Positions 29,104 to 38,967 of a stretch of DNA of 64,000 nt are shown here, one piece after another (position 1 is the first letter of the stretch; every line of letters begins with the position of its first letter). Origin of the DNA: a virus. Lineage: Duplodnaviria; Heunggongvirae; Uroviricota; Caudoviricetes. The notes under the pieces were generated by a model. The model ran no database searches and was not told the DNA's origin. It saw only the letters and a program-made list of their open reading frames with translations. Both the position numbers and the translations under genes were made by a program. Where the stretch lies: IMG/VR virus record IMGVR_UViG_2778260992_000001. One strand, written 5' to 3'.

Positions 29104-29448
29104 ATGAATATTTCATGGCAAACAGAAATTGCGATCTACCGCTTTGGCGCAAAGAACGTTTACGGCGAGGCGCAATTGCAATTCGTCAGGAAGACGAATG
29201 TCGGCGTGGTTAAGTTCGAACAGAGTAATGAGAAATCGTCAGTTCGTGCTGATAGCTCTGGTAGCCGTGGTAAGGCGAGTCTGGAGTTGTTTGATGCTGT
29301 GTTAGTTGTCCCTTTAGAAGCGGCTGTACAACTTGATGATGTGCTGATCCTTGAAGGTCAAAAATTAAAGGTGTCCAGTGTTCATCGCCGCTGGGGGCTA
29401 CGAGGAAGACCTGGGCATCTTGAAGTGGGGGCGAATATATGGGTCTGA
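29104..29448 (+). CDS. head-tail adaptor (putative)
   Basis: ATG 29104 after GGGAGAGAG; track start 29008 unlikely. Confidence 0.45.
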   Translation: MNISWQTEIAIYRFGAKNVYGEAQLQFVRKTNVGVVKFEQSNEKSSVRADSSGSRGKASLELFDAVLVVPLEAAVQLDDVLILEGQKLKVSSVHRRWGLRGRPGHLEVGANIWV

Positions 29449-29912
29449 AATACGATGCGCATCAGTTCAAACGTGCGGGGAATAGACTCAACAACAGCCA
29501 GAAAGCATTTAAGCGATATCTTATTCGGGACATGGAAAAGCTGGCGCGTTTGGTTGAGCGTCTCAGCCGTGCAATGGCTCCGCTGGAAACCGGATCTCTG
29601 GAGACAGCTATCTTTGCCAGGGTGATTAAAGAAGGTTATTCAGGGCTGCGCATTGAGCTTTCTGTGTCTGGAGCAAAACCACGTCAGGGGCATCCGGGCG
29701 TAGAAGTCGGTGACTATGCTAAGTACATGGAGCTGGGTAAATATCGACTCGGTTATCTTTCTCGAATGAAGAACGTGACAAACCCACCAATTGCCGGTGT
29801 TAAACCTCGTGTTGGGCCACACTTTCTGGAAAGAGCGGTGGAAATTAGCGAGAAGCAGTTCTCAGAAGCGATTCTTGAGGCTGCCAGAAAAGCCGGTTTT
29901 ACGAGAGGTTAA
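29439..29912 (+). CDS. tail completion protein (putative)
   Basis: Position; overlapping start. Confidence 0.45.
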   Translation: MGLKYDAHQFKRAGNRLNNSQKAFKRYLIRDMEKLARLVERLSRAMAPLETGSLETAIFARVIKEGYSGLRIELSVSGAKPRQGHPGVEVGDYAKYMELGKYRLGYLSRMKNVTNPPIAGVKPRVGPHFLERAVEISEKQFSEAILEAARKAGFTRG

Positions 29913-29913
29913 T

Positions 29914-30297
29914 GTGTTTATCGAAGCGTTTGCAAGTTTGATGCAGAAGGCAAAGATTGGCACGGTCGGGACTGACATTTTCTGTCACTACTTGCCTGCC
30001 AATGTGAAATCTGGCGTCCTGCTTATTAACCCAAATACCGGCATCAGCATCGATCATGAGCTACAGGGCTTTTATCACGAATCATTCACAATCATTGTGC
30101 GTGGTTCGTCAATTACTACGACGGTTGAGAAAGCCAATAAAATCATTGAGATGTTTCCAGTAGAGGAAACGGAATCTGGTGGTGTTTATTTTCGACTTGT
30201 ACGACCGATGGCGATGCCAATCATTTATCCCAAAAATGATGGGGCATTAATAGAAGCAGGCATTCCTGTTGAATTTGCTGGCTATTTATTGAATTAA
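29914..30297 (+). CDS. tail terminator-like protein (putative)
   Basis: GTG at 29914 right after previous stop; alternative ATG 29941. Confidence 0.4.
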   Translation: MFIEAFASLMQKAKIGTVGTDIFCHYLPANVKSGVLLINPNTGISIDHELQGFYHESFTIIVRGSSITTTVEKANKIIEMFPVEETESGGVYFRLVRPMAMPIIYPKNDGALIEAGIPVEFAGYLLN

Positions 30298-30304
30298 GTT
30301 AATT

Positions 30305-30322
30305 GGTAAGTATATACTTACC
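30305..30322. promoter_or_regulatory. class-2 palindrome GGTAAGTATATACTTACC
   Basis: Perfect 18-bp palindrome 50 nt upstream of major tail gene. Confidence 0.6.
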
Positions 30323-30371
30323 ATTAGCGCAATGAATGCGTAGAATTAACGGAAAAAGGAGTTTTCCATCA

Positions 30372-31118
30372 ATGTCTAATACCCATGTAAAAAACATCAA
30401 ACTTGGTGCCTGTAAGGTGTCGTTTGGTGGTGTGGATTTGGGTTACACCAAAGGTGGTGTTCAGGTTGAAGTAGCCACTGAAACGCTGAAAGTCACCGTC
30501 GATCAGTTGGGGCAGACCGTAATTTCCGAATTAGTTCAGGGGCGCAACATTACCATCACCGCGCCTCTGGCTGAGTCTGTACTCCAAAACATGGTTGACC
30601 TGATGCCCGGTTCTACTCTGAGCGAAGATGACAACTCTGTCACGATCACATCTGCACAGGGCGTCAACCTGATCGATGTGGCGAAGGAGCTGGTTCTGAC
30701 TCCGCAGGACACCACCGACTATGTGTTGACCATTCCGAAAGCGGCAACCGCGGGCAACTTCACTATGACCTACCAGTCTGATGATGTTCGTGTGTTCTCT
30801 GTTCAGTTCAGCGCATACCCGGATGATGAAGGCGTTCTGGGCAAAATGAGCGGTCCCAAACCGGTAAAAACTGTGTCGATCACACCGGAATCTCCAACCG
30901 TAAAAGCTGGAGAAACTGTGCAACTGACAGCCGAAATCACTCCAGCTGATGCCGCAGACAAAACCGGTGTTTGGGAATCTGAAGACCAGGAAAAGGCCAC
31001 GGTAGATCAAACGGGTCTTGTGCGTGGTGTGGCGCAGGGTACTGCAAACATCTCCTTCACCAGCAATAGCGGTGCTAAGAAGGCAACTAAGTCAGTAACG
31101 ATTAACTCCGCAGATTAA
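30372..31118 (+). CDS. major tail protein with C-terminal Ig-like domain
   Basis: ATG 30372 after AAAAAGGAG; C-terminal Big_2-like segment; position before chaperone and tape measure genes. Confidence 0.7.
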   Translation: MSNTHVKNIKLGACKVSFGGVDLGYTKGGVQVEVATETLKVTVDQLGQTVISELVQGRNITITAPLAESVLQNMVDLMPGSTLSEDDNSVTITSAQGVNLIDVAKELVLTPQDTTDYVLTIPKAATAGNFTMTYQSDDVRVFSVQFSAYPDDEGVLGKMSGPKPVKTVSITPESPTVKAGETVQLTAEITPADAADKTGVWESEDQEKATVDQTGLVRGVAQGTANISFTSNSGAKKATKSVTINSAD

Positions 31119-31131
31119 TCAGTAATTAAGC

Positions 31132-31157
31132 AGAGGCTCAGGATGAGCCTCTCTTTT
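31132..31157 (+). terminator. rho-independent terminator after major tail gene
   Basis: AGAGGCTCAGGATGAGCCTCT plus TTTTAAAA. Confidence 0.7.
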
Positions 31158-31173
31158 AAAAGGATTTTAACCA

Positions 31174-31491
31174 ATGACCAAATTACTCGATCTCGATTCC
31201 ATTCTGCCTCCGAAGAAAAGTATCAAATTTGGCGGTCAGGAATATCCCATCGTTGAAATGACGGTTGGTTTGTTCGTTTCCATCAAGCAGATGGAAGGCA
31301 AAGATCTCATGAACATGTCCCCTGTTGAGCAAGTGACAGCTTATGCAGATCTGGTTCGTAAGGTTATCCCTTCAGTACCTGACGAAGTTCTTGAAAAACT
31401 GACTGTTCCGCAACTCCAGCAGATCTTCACCTTCGCTATGGAAGTGATTGATGAAGAAAACGAAAAAGCGGCTGGCGAAGGGGCAAAGTAA
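31174..31491 (+). CDS. tail assembly chaperone (G-like)
   Basis: Small acidic protein directly upstream of tape measure gene. Confidence 0.6.
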   Translation: MTKLLDLDSILPPKKSIKFGGQEYPIVEMTVGLFVSIKQMEGKDLMNMSPVEQVTAYADLVRKVIPSVPDEVLEKLTVPQLQQIFTFAMEVIDEENEKAAGEGAK

Positions 31492-31841
31492 TTTCCCGCG
31501 ATGAATCCGGGACAAGGACCGTTTCAATAGATCTCGGATTCTATTTCAGTCGTGTAGTTGCTCACTACGCTGTGTCGCCATTAGAGCTATTGAACATCCC
31601 TCTCACGATGTTCTGGATGCTCAGTCGCAATATAGACCGTCTGCGTGCGGAAGAGGATGTCCGCAACTTACAAGTCGCTCGTGCGTCCCAGGCGGATGGC
31701 GAGGCTGTGAAGGCGTTCATGGAGGGTTTGCAACTCAGGATTGGAAGACCAGTCGTAACAGATAAAGTCTACGATCCAAGCCAGGATAAGGCAGACCCTG
31801 ACGCCAAAGAGCAACTGATGCAAATATTTGGCAGAGGATGA
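31455..31841 (+). CDS. T-like extension ORF, probably expressed as G-T fusion by -1 frameshift
   Basis: -1 frame is open for 129 codons with no ATG, overlapping the last 12 codons of G; A-run GAAAAAG at 31462-31468 is a possible slip site. Confidence 0.45.
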   Translation, partial: RKRKSGWRRGKVISRDESGTRTVSIDLGFYFSRVVAHYAVSPLELLNIPLTMFWMLSRNIDRLRAEEDVRNLQVARASQADGEAVKAFMEGLQLRIGRPVVTDKVYDPSQDKADPDAKEQLMQIFGRG

Positions 31842-31848
31842 CAAGGGA

Positions 31849-34800
31849 ATGTCACAAAACGTAGAGTTTATCCTGTCGCTGGAAGACAAACAGTTTACAG
31901 CGTCAATCGATCGTGCGGGGAAACTGCTTACTCGATTTGGTGAGCAGGTAACAAAGCCTGCTCAAAAAATCCAAACCTTTGAACGCTCTTTGGGTTCGGT
32001 CGCCCGTATCATTGGCGTTCTGGAAAGCAAGCTCGATTCTACGGCAGATAAACTACAGGATGTAGCTGCCGGTTTTGAGCTTGCTTCAGATGCTACGCGT
32101 AAAATGCGTGGCAACATCACCAGCCTCAATTCTGGTCTTAAAGCCCTGATTGAGCGCGTCGATACGACAACTTCTTCAGTAGATAAACTCACCGCGTCAT
32201 TACGTAAAGTGCAATCAGAGCTAAATGATTTCTCTGATTGGGCGACCTATGCAAGCAAAAGCGCAAGCCGCTTTGGTACTGAGGTCAAAGAAGCCTCTGC
32301 GTCCGTGAGTGGCATGAATACGCGCCTTAATACCACGACGAAGCGACTCAGTAATTGGGGTGTCACAACGAGTCAGGCTGCCGAGGGACTGAAAAAGGTT
32401 CGTGAGCAGATGGACGAAGTTATTGGACGTCAGCAACTGATTAGCAAGCCGGTACGCGTTCGTACATCTGGAAGTGGCGATGGTGGTAGCGGGCAGCGTA
32501 GCGGCGCTTCTGGTCACAGCGGTAAAAATAACGAAGGAGGTATGTTCTCTGGCCTTCGTGGCAACATTTTCCTGCTTGGCGAGATCGGAGATGCTGCCAG
32601 AACGGTTACTGACATCATGTTTGGGTGGCAGAAGCCTATTGTTGAAGCTGCGGCCGAAATGGAACGTATGCGGGTGATGCTTCGAGGGTTGAATAAGGAG
32701 AAGTCCAACCCTGGCCAGGCTGCCGCTGATGATATGAAGTACATCGTAGACATGGCTCAAAATGCGCCGTTCGCGATGCAGGCGTTAACAGATTCCTTCG
32801 TGAAGTTTCGTTCTGCTGGCTTAGATCCAACCGATGGTTCTCTGAAGGCGCTGGTGGACTCCGTTGCTCGTTTTGGTGGTGATAGTGAGCTGTTGAAACG
32901 TGCGGCTGTGGCCGTTCAGCAGATGTCCGGTAAGGGCGTCGTGTCAATGGAAGAGCTACGTCAGCAATTAGGTGAAGCCGTTCCTAACGCGATGCAGGCA
33001 ATGGCAGACGCCGCAGGCATCACTATGGGGGAACTGACTAAAGCCGTTGCCAGCGGTACGGTTGAGGCAAAGCAGGCGTTGTCTCTGATGTTTGTTGGTC
33101 TGCGTGCGGAGAACGAGAACGCAGCGAAAGACATGATGCAAACCTACACAGGTGCGCTGGCGCAACTTCAGACGTCATTCACGTTATTTGCTGATCGAGT
33201 TGGTCAGGCTGGATATCTGGATTCTCTATCAAAGGGGATGAAAGAACTGGCTTCAATCATGAATAGCGCCGAAGGGATTTCGTTTGCCAATTCTTTAGGT
33301 TCGGGGTTAACGACGGCAATCGATGGGTTGCGTCAGCTTGCTCAATGGTTAGCAAAGAACCAAGAGCTGGTAATTAATCTCGGTAAGGTCGTGGCCGCGA
33401 TGGTTGCGTTCAAACTGATGCGAGCAGGGATCATGGGAGTAGTTGGCGCAGGCAGCCAGATGGTTAGCACCTTTGCCACGATGGCGACCGCCATACAGAC
33501 TCCATTTAACCTCGGCGCTACAGCAGTAACTCGATTCAATCGTGCGGCACGTATGGGGTTGGCTCCGATCCCCTCTCTTATTTTCGCCATTCGTGGGGCG
33601 ATTACGGGGCTTAAAGGTGCTTTTGCAGGATTAACGGCGTTCATTGCAGCAAACCCTATAGGGGCAGCATTTACAGTTGCCACTGTAGCTGTTGCTGGCC
33701 TAATCACGTACATGACCATGCTCCGCAGCGAAACTTCAAAGGTCGTTGACGAGATTAGGAAAATACCAGAAGCGATGACAGCGGCCAAACGTGCACAAAT
33801 GGCCGACCGCGCAGAAAAGCTCGAAAAGCAGATTCTTGCTGATCAACGAGCATTAAAAACTGGTGAGGGTGTTAATTACGTATCTAACTCTGCCGGTGTT
33901 ATTACTCACAAAGAGTCGAAGGCTGACATTGAAGCACGCCTGAAAAAAAATCAGGAAGAGTATCAAAAGATAACCGGCACGATAGCTCTTGGTGACGGCG
34001 CTGTAGCAAAGCGTTTGGCTAAAGAGGCTGCCGAATCTCAGATTGAGAAAATTCGAGCGGAAAACCAGATTTTCGCGGCAACATTCGTGAAAGCCCGGCA
34101 GGAGGCTCTGGAGAAGATCCAGAAAATCAATGATGACAGTTCACTTTCAGATGATGAAAAGAACAAGCTATTGGCACCGTTACGTGAAACGGTAAACAAA
34201 AGCTATCTGGAGCCTGCGCAAAAACTGGTTGATTCACTTTCTTCTCGTAAGAATGCGACCGAGAAGCAAATCGCGACTCTTAATGATCAGCTTGAAAAAG
34301 CCAAAAAGGATGGAAATACCGAGCAGATCCAGAAACTTCAAGGCAGTATTCGTGGTTATCAGGAGCATTTGGAAACCGTTGCTCAGGAACTGACTCAGGC
34401 AGAGTTCGAGAGAGATAACGCGGCCAAAACTGGTAAGGGCGTGATGTCAAACCAGGGGACTGTTCTTGGGTTAGGTACAACTGATAAAGCTGCTCAGAAG
34501 GCGCTGGCGCAATATATGCGAAACCAGATGGATTCTGCGACTTATCAGCGTACTTTGCCTGACGGCACTCCGATGATGGACTTCGAAGGTAAGCCTATTA
34601 TTGGGCCTAAACAACTCAAGACGCAGCTTAATTTGCAGAAAGCATCCAGTGCCAGCTCTCTGGAGAAAATGAGCGATGAAGAGCGTGCCGCAGCCATTGC
34701 TGCACTGACTAAAGCTCGTGAACAGGATGCCGCAGCTGCCGAGAAAGCCGCCCAACGATCAGCTAACGCCTCGCAGCGTGCGGCCAAGAAGGAGCAGGCA

Positions 34801-36420
34801 GCGCAACAGAAACTGGCAGCCGGATACCAGAAGGCTCTGGATAAAGCCGATCAGCTTATGGGGCAAATGGGTGAAAGCTCTAAGGCTACGGTATCGTTTG
34901 ATCAGTCTCTTCGCGATACAACGAAATCGCTGACAGATTTGGCTAATGCGGTTCCTAACGAGTTCATCACTCAAGAGATGATCGACAAGGCGAAAAAACG
35001 TCTTGAAGACCTCAAAAATGCGACACCTGAATATCGCGAGATGTTTAATCGCCGCAATGTTGAGCAGATGATCTCCACTTGGGCACCGGAGGCGGATTCC
35101 ATTATTAGTGCTGGCTATACGCCGTCTCGCGAAGAGAAAGTTGCTGATTTCGAAGACACCTACAACCGCAATCTCAAAGCGTTGATAGAACTTCGTGATA
35201 AGGCGTCTGATCCTAAAGTTGTGGCGCTTTATACAAAGAAAATCAATCAACTGATTGCTGCTGGCAATACCGCGCTTATTAAAGAGACGGGGACTGCGAC
35301 GCAGAAGTTGGCACTGGAATACGAAAACTTGGCAGAGCAGATCGAAAGCACCTGGACTGATTTGTTTAGTGGCTTAACTGATGTCCTGACTGATTTCGTT
35401 ATTAACGGGAAGATGAGCTTCTCCAGCCTATCTCAGTCCATTTTGAAAGATATCACCAATATGGTCGTGAAGTCGCAAATCACGCTGCCTCTAATGAACA
35501 TGTTGGGGATGGGAACCACCGCAGCTGGTAGTTCACAGAGTGGCAATTTGCTCACTGGAGTTGCTTCTGCCGTTGCCAATCAAGGTGTACGAATGGGCAA
35601 CACTGTTAATGGCGACAAGTCGGTAGGAGAAGCCACGAAGGAGACGTCCAGTTCGGTAACTGGATTGGGGCAAACAACACAGCAGACCACCAGCGCAATT
35701 GGCACAGCAACAAATGCGATTGGTAGCTGGGTATCGGGGCTATTTGATAGCACCGAAGCCAAAGATGCTGAGACAAAAGCAGTGAAGGACTCCATCTTCT
35801 CGATGCAGAACCTCAGCTCTGTTACCGGCGCTCTGTCTGCCGCGTTTGCAATGCTTGGAGCTAATGCTTCCGGCTCTGGTAATAAGTGGTTGAATTTCGG
35901 CGCGACAGTTGCATCTGGTTTGGTTTCAGTATGGGCTGGTGGTGGATTTGATGGATTGATGTCCGGTTCTTCTGGCTCAACTTCCGGGTTCAACAATCTG
36001 ACCAGTTCTGCTGCCGATGGCACGAATGGTATTCCTGCAATTCCGAAGTTTGCAAATGGTGGCATATTCGGAAAAGACGGCGTGATCCCGCTCCGGGCAT
36101 ACCAGAAAGGCGGTATCGCCAACTCACCTCAATTGGCGTTGTTTGGGGAAGGCGATATGAATGAGGCGTATGTTCCATTGCCTGATGGTCGAACAATCCC
36201 TGTAACGCTCAGTACCGATGGTATGAGTGGAGGAGGAAATGTTCTTTCTCCGGTATCAATTGAGATCAACGTCCATAGTGACGGTAGCACAACTGAATCC
36301 GGCGATACAGAAAGCATATGGAACAATGCCGCTCAACGGATGAAAGCAATCGCGCTTGAGACTATCGCTCAAGAGAAACGCCCTGGCGGATCACTCAACC
36401 CAAACACTCAACGTAACTAA
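31849..36420 (+). CDS. tail tape measure protein
   Basis: About 1520 aa, coiled-coil-rich with Gly-rich hydrophobic central segment; start ATG 31849 (track TTG 31828). Confidence 0.85.
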   Translation: MSQNVEFILSLEDKQFTASIDRAGKLLTRFGEQVTKPAQKIQTFERSLGSVARIIGVLESKLDSTADKLQDVAAGFELASDATRKMRGNITSLNSGLKALIERVDTTTSSVDKLTASLRKVQSELNDFSDWATYASKSASRFGTEVKEASASVSGMNTRLNTTTKRLSNWGVTTSQAAEGLKKVREQMDEVIGRQQLISKPVRVRTSGSGDGGSGQRSGASGHSGKNNEGGMFSGLRGNIFLLGEIGDAARTVTDIMFGWQKPIVEAAAEMERMRVMLRGLNKEKSNPGQAAADDMKYIVDMAQNAPFAMQALTDSFVKFRSAGLDPTDGSLKALVDSVARFGGDSELLKRAAVAVQQMSGKGVVSMEELRQQLGEAVPNAMQAMADAAGITMGELTKAVASGTVEAKQALSLMFVGLRAENENAAKDMMQTYTGALAQLQTSFTLFADRVGQAGYLDSLSKGMKELASIMNSAEGISFANSLGSGLTTAIDGLRQLAQWLAKNQELVINLGKVVAAMVAFKLMRAGIMGVVGAGSQMVSTFATMATAIQTPFNLGATAVTRFNRAARMGLAPIPSLIFAIRGAITGLKGAFAGLTAFIAANPIGAAFTVATVAVAGLITYMTMLRSETSKVVDEIRKIPEAMTAAKRAQMADRAEKLEKQILADQRALKTGEGVNYVSNSAGVITHKESKADIEARLKKNQEEYQKITGTIALGDGAVAKRLAKEAAESQIEKIRAENQIFAATFVKARQEALEKIQKINDDSSLSDDEKNKLLAPLRETVNKSYLEPAQKLVDSLSSRKNATEKQIATLNDQLEKAKKDGNTEQIQKLQGSIRGYQEHLETVAQELTQAEFERDNAAKTGKGVMSNQGTVLGLGTTDKAAQKALAQYMRNQMDSATYQRTLPDGTPMMDFEGKPIIGPKQLKTQLNLQKASSASSLEKMSDEERAAAIAALTKAREQDAAAAEKAAQRSANASQRAAKKEQAAQQKLAAGYQKALDKADQLMGQMGESSKATVSFDQSLRDTTKSLTDLANAVPNEFITQEMIDKAKKRLEDLKNATPEYREMFNRRNVEQMISTWAPEADSIISAGYTPSREEKVADFEDTYNRNLKALIELRDKASDPKVVALYTKKINQLIAAGNTALIKETGTATQKLALEYENLAEQIESTWTDLFSGLTDVLTDFVINGKMSFSSLSQSILKDITNMVVKSQITLPLMNMLGMGTTAAGSSQSGNLLTGVASAVANQGVRMGNTVNGDKSVGEATKETSSSVTGLGQTTQQTTSAIGTATNAIGSWVSGLFDSTEAKDAETKAVKDSIFSMQNLSSVTGALSAAFAMLGANASGSGNKWLNFGATVASGLVSVWAGGGFDGLMSGSSGSTSGFNNLTSSAADGTNGIPAIPKFANGGIFGKDGVIPLRAYQKGGIANSPQLALFGEGDMNEAYVPLPDGRTIPVTLSTDGMSGGGNVLSPVSIEINVHSDGSTTESGDTESIWNNAAQRMKAIALETIAQEKRPGGSLNPNTQRN

Positions 36421-36425
36421 CTATC

Positions 36426-36447
36426 GACTGCCCCGACGGGGGCAGTC
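36426..36447. terminator. hairpin GACTGCCCCGACGGGGGCAGTC
   Basis: Long GC stem; no U-tract. Confidence 0.4.
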
Positions 36448-36462
36448 TCACAAGGATGTGAG

Positions 36463-36798
36463 ATGGAAAGACAAACGTTTAATTGGTATCCAGATTACGA
36501 ATCTGAAAAAAGCGTAAAACCGAATGTAACGGTACTTAATTTTGGTGATGACTACGAGCAGCGACAGGCTCAAGGTCTTAATCGTATTAAAGAAGAATGG
36601 TCGTTAACCTTTACAAGATCATACAACGAAATTAATGCAATCGATGACTTCCTGACTGAGCGATCAGGCGTTGAATCGTTCTATTGGGTTAATCCAAGAG
36701 GCAAGCAGATTGTAGTTGTATGTGACAGTCATACGGTCAAGCGATATCAGGGGTACTGTGTCTTAACTGCTACATTCAGACAAGTATTTGAGGCTTAA
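36463..36798 (+). CDS. minor tail protein (lambda M-like)
   Basis: 111 aa, position after tape measure; similar to lambda gpM as recalled. Confidence 0.65.
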   Translation: MERQTFNWYPDYESEKSVKPNVTVLNFGDDYEQRQAQGLNRIKEEWSLTFTRSYNEINAIDDFLTERSGVESFYWVNPRGKQIVVVCDSHTVKRYQGYCVLTATFRQVFEA

Positions 36799-36804
36799 GT
36801 ATCT

Positions 36805-36827
36805 GGATAAGTAAGTACTAATTTACT
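36805..36827. promoter_or_regulatory. class-2 element
   Basis: GGATAAGTAAGTACTAATTTACT. Confidence 0.45.
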
Positions 36828-36880
36828 ATCATTGTGGCGCTGACAGGATGTTAGCGCCTACTTATTTCAAGGATGAAACA

Positions 36881-37579
36881 ATGGGAATTAAAGCTGATAT
36901 TCAGAGCTTATCTCCCTCTGCACTCATTGAGTTGTTCGTACTGGATATGTCGAACACAACTTCAGGGGGGAAGCTATTCTTCCACGCCGGAACAAACGAA
37001 CTGATGCAACCGGTCGTCTGGCAAGGAGTGACATACGAGCCGTGGCCAATCAAAGCATCAGGTTTTGACAAAACGGGCCAGGGAACGTTGCCACGTCCAA
37101 AAATTCAGGTATCGAACTTTGCCGGAACCGTCTCTGCGGAAGTTCAGGCGAACGACGATCTTGTTGGCTGCCGCATTATTCGCAAGATGACGCTGGCTCG
37201 CTTCCTCGATGCCGTTAATTTTAAAGACGGCAACCCAACAGCAGATCCAAACCAACATTTCCCGGATGAAATGTGGTTTATCGAACAGAAAACTCTCGAA
37301 ACTCATCAGGTTGTCGAGTTTGAATTGTCCAGTGTGTTCGATTTGATGGGGGTGCAACTGCCGTATCGTCAGATCATTAAAAACACCTGCCCGTGGAAAT
37401 ACCGAGGGCCAGAATGCGGCTATACCGGTCCATATTTCGACAAAAATAACCAGCAGACGTCTATGTCTGGTGCTGATTACTGCACAAAACGTTATGACGC
37501 CTGTAATGCGCGTCGGAATTATTTTGCCAACGGAGTGATCCATTTTGGCGGGTTTATTGGAGCTACGCGATATGGGTAA
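36881..37579 (+). CDS. minor tail protein (lambda L-like)
   Basis: Conserved C-terminal Cys cluster CPWKYRGPECGY...YCTKRYDAC as in lambda gpL. Confidence 0.8.
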   Translation: MGIKADIQSLSPSALIELFVLDMSNTTSGGKLFFHAGTNELMQPVVWQGVTYEPWPIKASGFDKTGQGTLPRPKIQVSNFAGTVSAEVQANDDLVGCRIIRKMTLARFLDAVNFKDGNPTADPNQHFPDEMWFIEQKTLETHQVVEFELSSVFDLMGVQLPYRQIIKNTCPWKYRGPECGYTGPYFDKNNQQTSMSGADYCTKRYDACNARRNYFANGVIHFGGFIGATRYG

Positions 37580-38369
37580 TAAAGCAATCCCTGAGCTTGG
37601 CTCTGATGTTATGCAGCAAATCTATCTCTGCGCCATAAATCGCTACCCTAATGAAGCGTGTGGCTTTCTGGTGAGAACTAATGGCGACAAATATCGCTTT
37701 ATGGAAGCGCGAAATGTTTCGGAGAACCCGCAGAACACTTTTGTAATGCACGTTGACGACATTATGGCGGCAGAGGATGCAGGTGACGTAATCGCAATCT
37801 GGCATTCACATACTGATGAATCAGCAGAAGCATCTGATGCCGATCGTGCAGGCTGTGAAGCGACGGAAGTTCCGTGGATGATTCTGGCTATTCGCAAGAA
37901 TGTTGAGGGAGATGCCCCTTTCCATTTTAGCGAGATGAATGTGATCACACCTGATGGTTTCGAAATGCCATACCTGGGTAGACCGTATGTATTTGGCGTA
38001 TTCGATTGCTGGATGTTGTGTCGGGACTATTTGAAGCGTGAGTTTAACGTCGAGCTTAACCCGAACGCACACCTGCATATTCCATCGTGGTACACCGGCG
38101 ATAACGACATTCTCGACCAGAACTACCGAAACGAGGGATTGGTACGGCTTGCGCCTGGAACAGAGCCTCAACGTGGGGACGTCTTCTTTATTCAATACGG
38201 GAAAATGCCAGATCACTGCGCGGTTTATATCGGCGATGGAATGATTCTTCATCACCAGATCGACCGTCTTAGTTGTCGTGCTTATTACGGCGGAATGTAT
38301 CAGAAACATACGACGCATCACTTGCGTCACAGAGACTTGCTCAAGGGAGATGAGACGTGTCTGAGTTAG
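37572..38369 (+). CDS. tail assembly protein (lambda K-like), JAB/MPN plus NlpC/P60
   Basis: JAMM motif HSHTDESAEASDAD (HxH-x7-S-x2-D), downstream Cys/His region; overlaps L end. Confidence 0.8.
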   Translation: MGNKAIPELGSDVMQQIYLCAINRYPNEACGFLVRTNGDKYRFMEARNVSENPQNTFVMHVDDIMAAEDAGDVIAIWHSHTDESAEASDADRAGCEATEVPWMILAIRKNVEGDAPFHFSEMNVITPDGFEMPYLGRPYVFGVFDCWMLCRDYLKREFNVELNPNAHLHIPSWYTGDNDILDQNYRNEGLVRLAPGTEPQRGDVFFIQYGKMPDHCAVYIGDGMILHHQIDRLSCRAYYGGMYQKHTTHHLRHRDLLKGDETCLS

Positions 38370-38950
38370 TTCATGTGCAGCTTGGCGGCCCTATGGCCAA
38401 ACATTTTGGCCGCCACTGGCATCTAAAGGTGCGCAATGCAAAACAGGCTCTGGATTTAATTGAGGCCAACAAGCCTGGGTTTAAAGCATGGATGAAGCGC
38501 AATATCAAAACCTATGACCGTTACCACATCCAGATCACCAATAAACAGGGCCACAAGTGGTCTGTTGACGAAAGTGAATATCAGATGATGGGGCAGTCTG
38601 ACAACATTGCCAAAATCCGCATTACACCTGTTCCGCGAGGAAGCGGTGGATCTGCTTTTGGGTGGTTTCAGACGGTAGTAGGGGCCGCTTTGTTGGTTGT
38701 ATCGGCGGTAGTGATGCCTGCTTTAGCACCTCTCGGTTTGTCACTGATGATGGGCGGCATATCACAAATCATATCGCCGCAAGCCACTAACGAAAGTGTG
38801 AGACAGGCAGATAACTCGAACTCTTATTATTTCGACGGCCCTCAAAATACAGAAAACCAGGGCAACCCAGTACAACTTATCTATGGCGAGGAAATTCTGG
38901 TTGGCTCACAGGTTGTGAGTTCTTCAATCACGATTGACCAGCTAATGTAA
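38357..38950 (+). CDS. tail assembly protein (lambda I-like)
   Basis: GTG start with GGGAGA Shine-Dalgarno; C-terminal hydrophobic Gly-rich segment like gpI. Confidence 0.65.
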   Translation: MSELVHVQLGGPMAKHFGRHWHLKVRNAKQALDLIEANKPGFKAWMKRNIKTYDRYHIQITNKQGHKWSVDESEYQMMGQSDNIAKIRITPVPRGSGGSAFGWFQTVVGAALLVVSAVVMPALAPLGLSLMMGGISQIISPQATNESVRQADNSNSYYFDGPQNTENQGNPVQLIYGEEILVGSQVVSSSITIDQLM

Positions 38951-38967
38951 ACAAGGATTTTTTGAAC

